Both the position numbers and the translations under genes were made by a program. Below are positions 27,795 to 35,231 of a DNA stretch of 39,399 nt, piece after piece. Where the stretch lies: IMG/VR virus record IMGVR_UViG_3300048575_000460, positions 1 through 39,399 of that record. One strand, written 5' to 3'. Position 1 is the stretch's first letter. The number at the start of each line of letters is the position of its first letter. Source of the stretch: a virus. Taxonomy: Duplodnaviria > Caudoviricetes. The notes under the pieces are model-generated. The model worked only from the letters and a program-made list of their open reading frames with translations, was not told the DNA's origin and did no database searches.

Positions 27795-29138
27795 ATGTAC
27801 CGATTCGTTGTGCTGATCATGATTCTGTTGGCGCCTCGTCTGGCGCCGGCACAGGTATGTTTCGGGTGTTCGTCAGGCGGCGGCGGCGTAGCCAATGTGT
27901 TTCAGACGACGGCGGGAGCATCCACGTCGATGACGCTAGATATCACGTCGCTGAACTTGGCGGCGATCAGTCCAGCGCTGTTCGCGTGCCGCACGGCGAC
28001 CGCGCCGGTTGCATGGACGTCGTATTCGGTTGCTGGGTCCAATCCCATCGCGAGCCTGACGCTCAATTACGCCAGTACATCCGGAGTGACGTGTCAGGTG
28101 AATGCGAGTGGCGGGGCAGGGCCGGCCGGCCCGACTGGTTCGCCGGGCGCTGCGGCTTCGGTCGCGGTGGGTACGGTGTCGACCGGGGCGGCGGGATCGG
28201 CCGCCGCTGTGACGAATGTGGGGACGGCCGCCGCGGCGGTGTTGAATTTTGCCATCCCGCAAGGCGCAAAAGGGGATAAGGGTGATACGGGGTCGCAGGG
28301 CATCCAGGGGATTCAGGGCCCAGCGGGAGCGCCAGGGTCGAGCGTTGGAGCAACGGTGGTATCTCAGGCGAGCGTTACGATCACGCACAACTGGGGAAGC
28401 CTCTACTACTCATCTGAATGTGTGGATTCCACAGGGGCCGTTGTTCGACCAGAAACAACCGTAAAGACGAGTAACGCGATGACCTGGAATTTTGCGCCGG
28501 CGTTCACGGGTAGTTGCTCCGTCACCTCTGGTGGCTCCGGATCGAGCGGCGGCGGTGCAGTGGCCAGTGTGTTTGGGCGTACGGGCGCGGTGGTGGCGGC
28601 GGCGAACGACTATGCGTTCTCGCAAATCAGCGGCATTGCGCAAGTGGCCCAGGGCGGTACAGGTGGCTCCACTGCAGCAGCGGCTCGACAGGCTCTGTTG
28701 CCGGCGTATGCGGGAAATGGAGCGAAGTGCCTGGCGCTGAACAGTGCCGGCACAGATGCGGAGTGGGCAGTGTGCGCGAGTGGCGGCGGTGGTGGCGCGG
28801 TCTCTGGGATGGGATTGCTTGGCGACGGATCACCCGAGAATCCATTCCGTGTGAATCCCGCCACGGTGCCGACGTATTTCAGTGCCTCGGGTAGTCTGAG
28901 CTTTTCCACCTTCGGTGGCACGGGATCGTGCGAGGAGCAGAGCCTTGCCTTGGCGGGGGCCGCCGTGGGCGATGTGGTGAAGTTCAGTTTGCCCAACACT
29001 CTGCCGGCGGGAATCGTGGTTGGGGCGGAGTATGTGAGCGCGGCCGGGCAGGTGACCTTGCGGCTATGCCGATTGGGCGGGAGCACCGGCACGATTTCGG
29101 GCGCGGCGTTTACGGTGCAGATCTTGAGGAGCTTCTGA
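27795..29138 (+). CDS. Signal-peptide-bearing collagen-like phage fibre protein
   Basis: MYRFVVLIMILLAPRLAPA|Q; G-X-Y repeats; fibre motifs GTVSTG...VTNVGT...LNFAIPQG, ITHNWG, VASVFGRTGAV, QGGTGGSTAAAARQAL; 10 Cys. Confidence 0.85.
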   Translation: MYRFVVLIMILLAPRLAPAQVCFGCSSGGGGVANVFQTTAGASTSMTLDITSLNLAAISPALFACRTATAPVAWTSYSVAGSNPIASLTLNYASTSGVTCQVNASGGAGPAGPTGSPGAAASVAVGTVSTGAAGSAAAVTNVGTAAAAVLNFAIPQGAKGDKGDTGSQGIQGIQGPAGAPGSSVGATVVSQASVTITHNWGSLYYSSECVDSTGAVVRPETTVKTSNAMTWNFAPAFTGSCSVTSGGSGSSGGGAVASVFGRTGAVVAAANDYAFSQISGIAQVAQGGTGGSTAAAARQALLPAYAGNGAKCLALNSAGTDAEWAVCASGGGGGAVSGMGLLGDGSPENPFRVNPATVPTYFSASGSLSFSTFGGTGSCEEQSLALAGAAVGDVVKFSLPNTLPAGIVVGAEYVSAAGQVTLRLCRLGGSTGTISGAAFTVQILRSF

Positions 29139-30103
29139 TGAAACAACGATCCATCCATCTCGCGATTGTGCTGCTGGTGTTGCTGGCGGTAGTGAACCGC
29201 CACGCGATTGCTGATCGAGCGCAGGGCGCCATTGAGTTCGCCATACAGTCGGCCACGCCGGCGGCCGCGGCGGCTGGCTTTGAAAAGCTCTACCCGAAGG
29301 CCGACGGAAAGTGGTACCGACTGAACTCCTCTGGCGTCGAAACGGAGATCGCGGCCGGGGGTGGAGGCACGAGCTTTGACCCCGTGGATATGCGATCCGT
29401 CTGGTGGAGAGACGACTTTTTCGCGCTCGTCCCCTCCGGCGGCTCCATGTACTCCGACCAGACTTGGAGTTATCGCAATATCGGAAGCCCATCCGGGCAG
29501 GCCATCACGCAAGGCAACGGGACGGTGGACAATCCCGGCGTGGCGCAGATTGCCACGGGGACTGTGGCCAACACCGGGTTGATTCTCCACACCGATAGTT
29601 ACAACTATGACCATGGTCGATTCAATCTGCGCGCGACCGGACAGGAGGCATGCGTGGCGGTGGCGCTCTCGGCCACCACGCAATTCAAGGCGCGCATCGG
29701 AGTTACGCTGACCGGCGAGGGGTACAACGTCTCGGATTCTGAAAACAAAGCATGGTTCTACTACAACGCAACGTCGACAGAGTCCACGTGGCAGATGAGA
29801 GTGGGGGCATACGGTGGCACAGCGGGGACCTACGACACCGGCGTGACTGGCGACACCGGATTCCATAGTGCCTGTTGGCGCACAGACGGAACCAAGGTGT
29901 ACCTGCGATGGGACGGAGGAACCGAGCATTCGTTTTGCCTGTCGGGGTGCGACACGGCCGCCACGGTCCCGGATGGCAGCAGCAACAAATACAGCCTAGG
30001 GTTCGCGGCCATAACGCTCGACACCACGAGTAAGAATCTGCTGGTCGACTTTGCGGCCTATAACCGTACCGTCTCAACGGCCAATGCCAGGAAGAGGAAC
30101 TGA
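29138..30103 (+). CDS. Signal-peptide-bearing fibre-tip/lectin-like protein
   Basis: ATG 29138 (TGATG overlap, GAGGAG RBS); MKQRSIHLAIVLLVLLAVVNRHAIA|D; P...AG..KLYPKADGKWY..NSSGVE fibre motif; ConA-like beta C-terminus; 4 Cys. Confidence 0.8.
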   Translation: MKQRSIHLAIVLLVLLAVVNRHAIADRAQGAIEFAIQSATPAAAAAGFEKLYPKADGKWYRLNSSGVETEIAAGGGGTSFDPVDMRSVWWRDDFFALVPSGGSMYSDQTWSYRNIGSPSGQAITQGNGTVDNPGVAQIATGTVANTGLILHTDSYNYDHGRFNLRATGQEACVAVALSATTQFKARIGVTLTGEGYNVSDSENKAWFYYNATSTESTWQMRVGAYGGTAGTYDTGVTGDTGFHSACWRTDGTKVYLRWDGGTEHSFCLSGCDTAATVPDGSSNKYSLGFAAITLDTTSKNLLVDFAAYNRTVSTANARKRN

Positions 30104-33100
30104 TGCGGTACCTACTGCCTGTCCTTGTGTTGCTGCTCACTGGCATGGAGACCAGTCTGCACAACGGCGTCCGCATCTATGATGCGTCGGGTGCTGACCA
30201 GGTCAACCAGCCTCGGACGATTCACCGGTATTTTGCGCAGGGGGAGTTTGCTGGGGTGTATCCCAAGCCGCGAGTCGGAGGTAGTGTGCCGGCGTCTTGG
30301 CAGGTCGATGTGGAGTCCATCTGGCCGGATGGGAGTGTCATGGCGGCATTTATCAGCCTGCCGGTTTCAATCCCAGCCAATGGGAATGTCATCGTTGATT
30401 TCGTGTCCGACGTCAATCCATGCCACCTCGGCAATCGCGCGACGTGTCAGGCCGCCGCGCTCGATCAGGCGGGCATGCTCGCATTTGCTGGTGGCACGTG
30501 GGATGCGGCGATTTCGGGCACGGCCAACGGGGTCACGTATTCTGCGTCAGCTCGAACTATCCTCACAACGGGAGCGCTGTCTTATCGTCTTCGGGGACCG
30601 TACGCGACGCAGGTGATCGTGGAGGATTTCACGCGGCCGGATCCAGCGTTCGATTTTGGTTGGGAGTATGTGGCGGGCGCCTGGCAAGCGCCGTCGGCCA
30701 GCATCTACAAGAGCGTCCACCCGCTCTTTGTGGCGACGTTCTACAGCGGCTGGTCAGGTGTGGAGGTGGAGGCGATCGCGCTGAATGCGGCTACGACCAG
30801 GTTGCAGCGGCAGGTGTTTGATCTGAGCGTCACTCGCAGCGGTGGCGCTACGGTGTATTCAAAGGCCGGGTGGGATATGCCCCGGAATACGGGGTTTTCG
30901 CGCTATTTCTGGGATGGCGCGGCGCCGGCGGCGGTGCAGGTGGATTGGAATCTGCGGTACATGATCTACTCTCGTGTTCTACCGCCGTTTGACTGGCGCC
31001 AGCAGCGACAGGGGAGCACCGATATCGCTGGCTACAACAGTAGTGTCGGCGGTGGCGACCCGCAGGACTGTAATCCTGGGAATGGCTCCTGTGGCAATTG
31101 GCAGCAATACATCCCAGGGACCGGCGGCCGCGGCGACATCGGCCTGATCCCGCGGTGGTATGTTACCTATGGCTATGCGATGGGGGACACGGCGACCTAC
31201 ACGGTCGCGCAGAGAAAAGAGCTGTACGACAAGGGTGTGCTGGGCAACGCGGACGCCGGCCTGACGATCCCGATGCTCTACCTGGAGTACGACAATAGCG
31301 CATTGCGGGACTCGCCAACGGACGGTCAGAGGTATTGGTTTGATGAGGGACACACGGCTCCTGCATTCGGGCGGGTGCCATCAACTTACGCCAGGCCGGA
31401 ATGGCTCTCCGGAGAGCGGGAGCCGTGGGATGGCACTGACAAGATGGTCCCGGTGTGTACGAGTGGGCCGTGCTCAGGGAATCGTGCGCCTGATACGACC
31501 TACACGAAGGGCTGGACAATTGATGCCGCGCATATGCCATCGCCCTTCGCGGTGCCGTATATGTTGTCCGGCCGCTACTCGTATTTGCTCGGGCAGTTCG
31601 GGTTGGCTGCTTACATGGCCGCTAAGGAGTCATACGGCTGCTACTACTATTACTCGCGATGCAGCGATTGGAGTCTGTTCTACCTCTGGGGGAATGTGAG
31701 GGCGTCGGCCTGGTCACTCCGCGAAGTCGGGATGGCTGCGCTGCTGGCGCCATCGGCGCGGCCGGAGAAGGCGTATTTCACTCGGATTCTGCAAAAGAAT
31801 GACGAGATGTGGGAGGGGGTGTTGGGCGTGTCCGGAGGCAACGCGGGCATCACCACAGGACAGAATTTCTGCCGCGGGGCGGATCTCGGCTCGGCCTCTG
31901 TCACGCACACCAGCTCAAGCAGCACTGACTGGAACGGGTATCTGACGTACAAGCTAAACGGCGTCACAAAGACGCTTGGTCTGCCAGATCCAGCCTATTC
32001 GGTGACCAGTGTCACGGTCGACAGTGTCGCGAAGACAGTGGGGGTGCGAGGTGTAGATTCCGGGCGGGACTGGTACTACACGCCGGGTGGATTCGCGGTG
32101 TTTCAAGACGATGCGGCAAGTCCAGTCGCCGTGGGAAGCACCGTAGTAGTTGCGTATCGCAAGACATCTGTCGTCTCCCCATGGTGTTCCGGCCGGCACT
32201 TGCAGATGAAGGGTCAGCCGAACAACATCGGGCATCAGCTTTGGGCGGAGCAGCGCGCCTACGGCTCCTTCATGCTGGATTACTTCCTATGGACAAAGAA
32301 GTTCATTGAGGACACCGGCGCATTCCGCCATTCGACCACGGGGCAACCGTTGTTCAGGTTCAGCAATGCCGAGACCGCCAAGTATGTGATTGGGTGGGCC
32401 ACTGATCCAGGGGCCAATCCGCACTATGCGGATTACTACACCAGCCCAACGATTGGGCAGAGCAACGCACTGCCGGCGACGTGGGCGGAGTATATGGCCC
32501 TCTTTCCTAAGTCCAGCACGTTGGCTGCTGGAGTCACGAATTCGGCAACCACGCTGTACGTGAATGATGCGCACACGTCGGCTCCGACGCCGTTGGCGGA
32601 GTTCTTCGTGCCGAGCTTGGTCCGGATTGAAAATGAGTGGGTCCAGATCTGTGGGTGGACTGAGAATGCACCCACGAATCAGAGCACGCTCACCGTATGC
32701 GCCGGCGGCCGAGGCATGTTCGGCACGGCGGCGGTCGCGCATTCGGCTGGCGCGGCATTCGACTGGACGCGCCAAGCCTGGAATGGGAACGCGGTCGGGC
32801 ACTCATACCCGAATCTGTGGGCGAGCGCAGTGGCGATGTATGAAGAGTACGTGCTGCCGTCCGGCAGCGGCCGCCGGGCCTGGGAACGGGTGATGGGTAA
32901 CCTCGCTGGGCAACAGAGCCGCATGACGGCTCCTGAGTATGCCTTTGTGCCGCGCGATAGGATCACGGCCGTCCGCGTCGCACCTGGTGCTGGTGCGCTG
33001 GCGCTCACGTGGGTGGCTCCATCTGGCGCGCCGTGCAAGGTGGGGGTGGCGAGCACGGCGCCAAGCAGCTCGGACGATGCGGGGGACGCTAACTCCACAG

Positions 33101-33210
33101 CGGCCGGTAGGGCACATAGCTTCTCTGCCTCGGGCCTCAGCTCGGGGGCGGTCTACTGGCGGATCACATGCGGCACAGCGCGGGCTAATGGGATAGCGAT
33201 GATCCCGTAA
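30103..33210 (+). CDS. Large exported multidomain protein, possible polysaccharide lyase-like enzyme with inserted virion domains
   Basis: MRYLLPVLVLLLTG signal-like start; QVDV...WPDGSV motif; aromatic-rich helical core (DAAHMPS...PYMLSG, RASAWSLRE); RGMFGTAAVAHSAG virion-type module; 14 Cys. Confidence 0.8.
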   Translation: MRYLLPVLVLLLTGMETSLHNGVRIYDASGADQVNQPRTIHRYFAQGEFAGVYPKPRVGGSVPASWQVDVESIWPDGSVMAAFISLPVSIPANGNVIVDFVSDVNPCHLGNRATCQAAALDQAGMLAFAGGTWDAAISGTANGVTYSASARTILTTGALSYRLRGPYATQVIVEDFTRPDPAFDFGWEYVAGAWQAPSASIYKSVHPLFVATFYSGWSGVEVEAIALNAATTRLQRQVFDLSVTRSGGATVYSKAGWDMPRNTGFSRYFWDGAAPAAVQVDWNLRYMIYSRVLPPFDWRQQRQGSTDIAGYNSSVGGGDPQDCNPGNGSCGNWQQYIPGTGGRGDIGLIPRWYVTYGYAMGDTATYTVAQRKELYDKGVLGNADAGLTIPMLYLEYDNSALRDSPTDGQRYWFDEGHTAPAFGRVPSTYARPEWLSGEREPWDGTDKMVPVCTSGPCSGNRAPDTTYTKGWTIDAAHMPSPFAVPYMLSGRYSYLLGQFGLAAYMAAKESYGCYYYYSRCSDWSLFYLWGNVRASAWSLREVGMAALLAPSARPEKAYFTRILQKNDEMWEGVLGVSGGNAGITTGQNFCRGADLGSASVTHTSSSSTDWNGYLTYKLNGVTKTLGLPDPAYSVTSVTVDSVAKTVGVRGVDSGRDWYYTPGGFAVFQDDAASPVAVGSTVVVAYRKTSVVSPWCSGRHLQMKGQPNNIGHQLWAEQRAYGSFMLDYFLWTKKFIEDTGAFRHSTTGQPLFRFSNAETAKYVIGWATDPGANPHYADYYTSPTIGQSNALPATWAEYMALFPKSSTLAAGVTNSATTLYVNDAHTSAPTPLAEFFVPSLVRIENEWVQICGWTENAPTNQSTLTVCAGGRGMFGTAAVAHSAGAAFDWTRQAWNGNAVGHSYPNLWASAVAMYEEYVLPSGSGRRAWERVMGNLAGQQSRMTAPEYAFVPRDRITAVRVAPGAGALALTWVAPSGAPCKVGVASTAPSSSDDAGDANSTAAGRAHSFSASGLSSGAVYWRITCGTARANGIAMIP

Positions 33211-34161
33211 TCAGCCGAAGATGAGAAGCAAGGCAGTGATCGAGCCGACTGTGCAGAGAAATCCCATCACTAGGCAGCCACAGCCAGAGCTGGTGCTTTC
33301 GGTCGCATATGAGCGAATTCCGGCGCCGGCGCGCTGGCTTGTAGGGGCACGGTAGGAATCCGATTGTTGTGATTCCGGCGCAGACTGTAGAGCAGGGAGT
33401 TGGTGGGGGCCCACCGCGTCGCGAATTGTTGTGTCGCTACGGTAGATTGATGCGCTGATGCCCGGAATCTGATAGCGCCGGCCGTTTGAGATCCATTGAA
33501 TCACCGCCTTTTGGAAGAAGCCGCGGTCCAGATATGGAGCGATCTCGGCCGCGTCTTCCCGTGGGACGTAGCCGATCTGATAGCCCTGGCGTAGCAATAT
33601 GCGAATGGCATTGGAATCATGGGAATTGTAGCGTTCTCGCACCAGGTAGACCGTGTCCCCGGTCTTGGCATACGCGGAGACCACGTCGCCGCGCCCTTCA
33701 TGCGACACGCCGGCCGTCTGGAACCGCAGGGTCTTTACGGGCTTGTCTTTGGCGATCGCCTCTTTCTCGGCGGCCTTGCGCTGTTCGGCGTCGTCTCGGT
33801 CTTTGGCGCGCGCGATCGCTTCGGTTGCTTGCCGCCGTTCTTTGGCGGCTTTCCGTAGATCAGGAGGTAGGACTTTTTCGAGAGCCTTGTAGATCTCAGT
33901 GCGCTCCTGATGAGTGATTTGGCCGTCATCCAGTACCTGATGGAGAATTGTCCGTAGGTACTCAATGGACGGAAGCCCCGCCACCTCGCGATCATCGAGC
34001 CACTGATTCAGCATCTTGGCTTCGTCGTCGGTTATGATGCCGTCCGCTGTGACCGTTTCAATGAGCATCAGTAACTCAGCGGCGGCGCCGCTGAGTATTT
34101 CCTTGCGGCTGATGGCTTGTCTCTTTTGTCGCGGTGTTACAGATGGGGTTTCTTCACCCAT
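33211..34161 (-). CDS. Moron protein: TerB-like helical domain + HIRAN domain + C-terminal TM anchor
   Basis: ATG 34161 with AAGGAG upstream; TADGIITDDE / LDDGQITHQE repeats; HIRAN AGVSH...LVRERYNSHDSNAI...IGYVPR; hydrophobic C-terminus. Confidence 0.85.
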   Translation of the reverse strand: MGEETPSVTPRQKRQAISRKEILSGAAAELLMLIETVTADGIITDDEAKMLNQWLDDREVAGLPSIEYLRTILHQVLDDGQITHQERTEIYKALEKVLPPDLRKAAKERRQATEAIARAKDRDDAEQRKAAEKEAIAKDKPVKTLRFQTAGVSHEGRGDVVSAYAKTGDTVYLVRERYNSHDSNAIRILLRQGYQIGYVPREDAAEIAPYLDRGFFQKAVIQWISNGRRYQIPGISASIYRSDTTIRDAVGPHQLPALQSAPESQQSDSYRAPTSQRAGAGIRSYATESTSSGCGCLVMGFLCTVGSITALLLIFG

Positions 34162-34174
34162 TTTTGCATTCTCC

Positions 34175-34408
34175 TTACCGTGGCTCAGAGGGAGGGTGGC
34201 TCTGTGCGGCGGCCTGAGAGCTAGGTTGCTTTCCGATTTCACTGATCGCGCGAGCGATAACGTATGGGATGATTGCCCATGCACAGGCCATCGCGGCGCC
34301 GGCGGCCTGCTGGGGCGCCGATATTTCACGCGCTGTGACGATGGCCACAAATTCCGCCGCTCCGACGGTCGCTCCGATCGCGGCTAATGCCCAGAATACC
34401 TTTGCCAT
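34175..34408 (-). CDS. Small two-TM membrane protein (SAPQQAA motif)
   Basis: Two hydrophobic segments flanking SAPQQAAGAA...IIPYVIARA; 13 nt upstream of the HIRAN gene. Confidence 0.8.
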   Translation of the reverse strand: MAKVFWALAAIGATVGAAEFVAIVTAREISAPQQAAGAAMACAWAIIPYVIARAISEIGKQPSSQAAAQSHPPSEPR

Positions 34409-34615
34409 TCCATCTCGCTTTCGGCGTTTATTTTGTCAAAAGAAACCACTCGAGGCAACGGTCGCATGGGTAATCCATGCCGCATGGTGCGGAATGAGAT
34501 GTCAGGCACAGGGGCAGTCCGCGGATATCCACGAGGCGGCAAGGTGCGCCAGTTAGTACGTGTCTCTCTGGGCTAGCGCCAGCGTCCAATCTCTTACCGC
34601 TCATGGACGCCACCT

Positions 34616-34942
34616 TTAACTGCGACTGTTGGCGACCTTGGGGCGGGCATGCGGCAGATTGGCGTCGAAGGCCTCTAGGTTGCTCTGGATGCCGAGTTTC
34701 TGCCGGTCTGTGCCTCTTGTCAAAATCCGGTCCAGCATGGCGTGCCATTCCTCGCGGCCGGGATAGGGATACTCTGCGCCGACGGGCTTGGTGCTAACTG
34801 GAGCGACTGCCTTTTCGCGGAACACTGCCCAGGCGTCGGCAATCAGCTCGTAAATATCGCGCCCGGTTTCGGTCGACTGATGGCTGATGTCCTTCCAAGT
34901 GGCATAGTCGATGCGAACCGACTTTTTTTCCTTTTCTGTCAT
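34616..34942 (-). CDS. Putative immunity repressor, N-terminal ribbon-helix-helix
   Basis: KKSVRIDYATWKDISHQSTETGRDIYELIADAW fits the RHH strand-helix-helix pattern; divergent from the early operon. Confidence 0.7.
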   Translation of the reverse strand: MTEKEKKSVRIDYATWKDISHQSTETGRDIYELIADAWAVFREKAVAPVSTKPVGAEYPYPGREEWHAMLDRILTRGTDRQKLGIQSNLEAFDANLPHARPKVANSRS

Positions 34943-34965
34943 AGGGTTACCTGTGCCTGGGTCGC

Positions 34966-34985
34966 CAAGTGGAATTTTCCACTTG
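34966..34985. promoter_or_regulatory. Operator palindrome CAAGTGGAA-TT-TTCCACTTG
   Basis: Perfect 9-bp inverted repeat between the divergent regulators, overlapping the -35 box. Confidence 0.8.
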
Positions 34986-35012
34986 ACCACTGAGCGATTT
35001 TTCGTCCATACT
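34983..35012 (+). promoter_or_regulatory. Rightward early sigma70-type promoter
   Basis: TTGACC (34983-34988), 18 bp, CATACT (35007-35012); predicted start ~35019. Confidence 0.65.
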
Positions 35013-35018
35013 CTGAGC

Positions 35019-35201
35019 GTGACTGCAACTTCTAAAGCGTATCCCAAATCACAGCGCGGCTCTGGCGAGGTAGTCCAGACCACGATTCGCGTGCCGAAAC
35101 ATCTGTGGAAGCGGGTAAAGGTAGCAGCCGCTGAGAGAGAGGTGAGTGTTCAATCGGCGGTTGCCCTCGCGTTGGAAAAGACCTATGGAGAGGCTGCGTA
35201 G
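35019..35201 (+). CDS. Cro-position ribbon-helix-helix regulator (Arc/CopG-like), probably leaderless
   Basis: VQTTIRVPKHLWKRVKVAAAEREVSVQSAVALAL; GTG 35019 coincides with the predicted transcription start. Confidence 0.8.
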   Translation: MTATSKAYPKSQRGSGEVVQTTIRVPKHLWKRVKVAAAEREVSVQSAVALALEKTYGEAA

Positions 35202-35231
35202 GCGCGGGATCAGAAAGGAATAAACGGATAC

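Noticed and set aside
28610-29929. 439-aa minus-strand ORF
   Set aside because: Antisense to the coupled fibre genes in GC-rich DNA; no recognisable domain.
20331-33210. Diversity-generating retroelement or invertible tail-fibre cassette
   Set aside because: No reverse transcriptase or invertase gene, and I saw no near-identical template/variable repeat pair (by eye only).
34409-34490. Dedicated moron promoter (minus-strand TTGACA near 34434-34439) and overlapping GCATGG/CCATGC palindromes
   Set aside because: No acceptable -10 box at the right spacing; the 6-bp palindromes could be chance.
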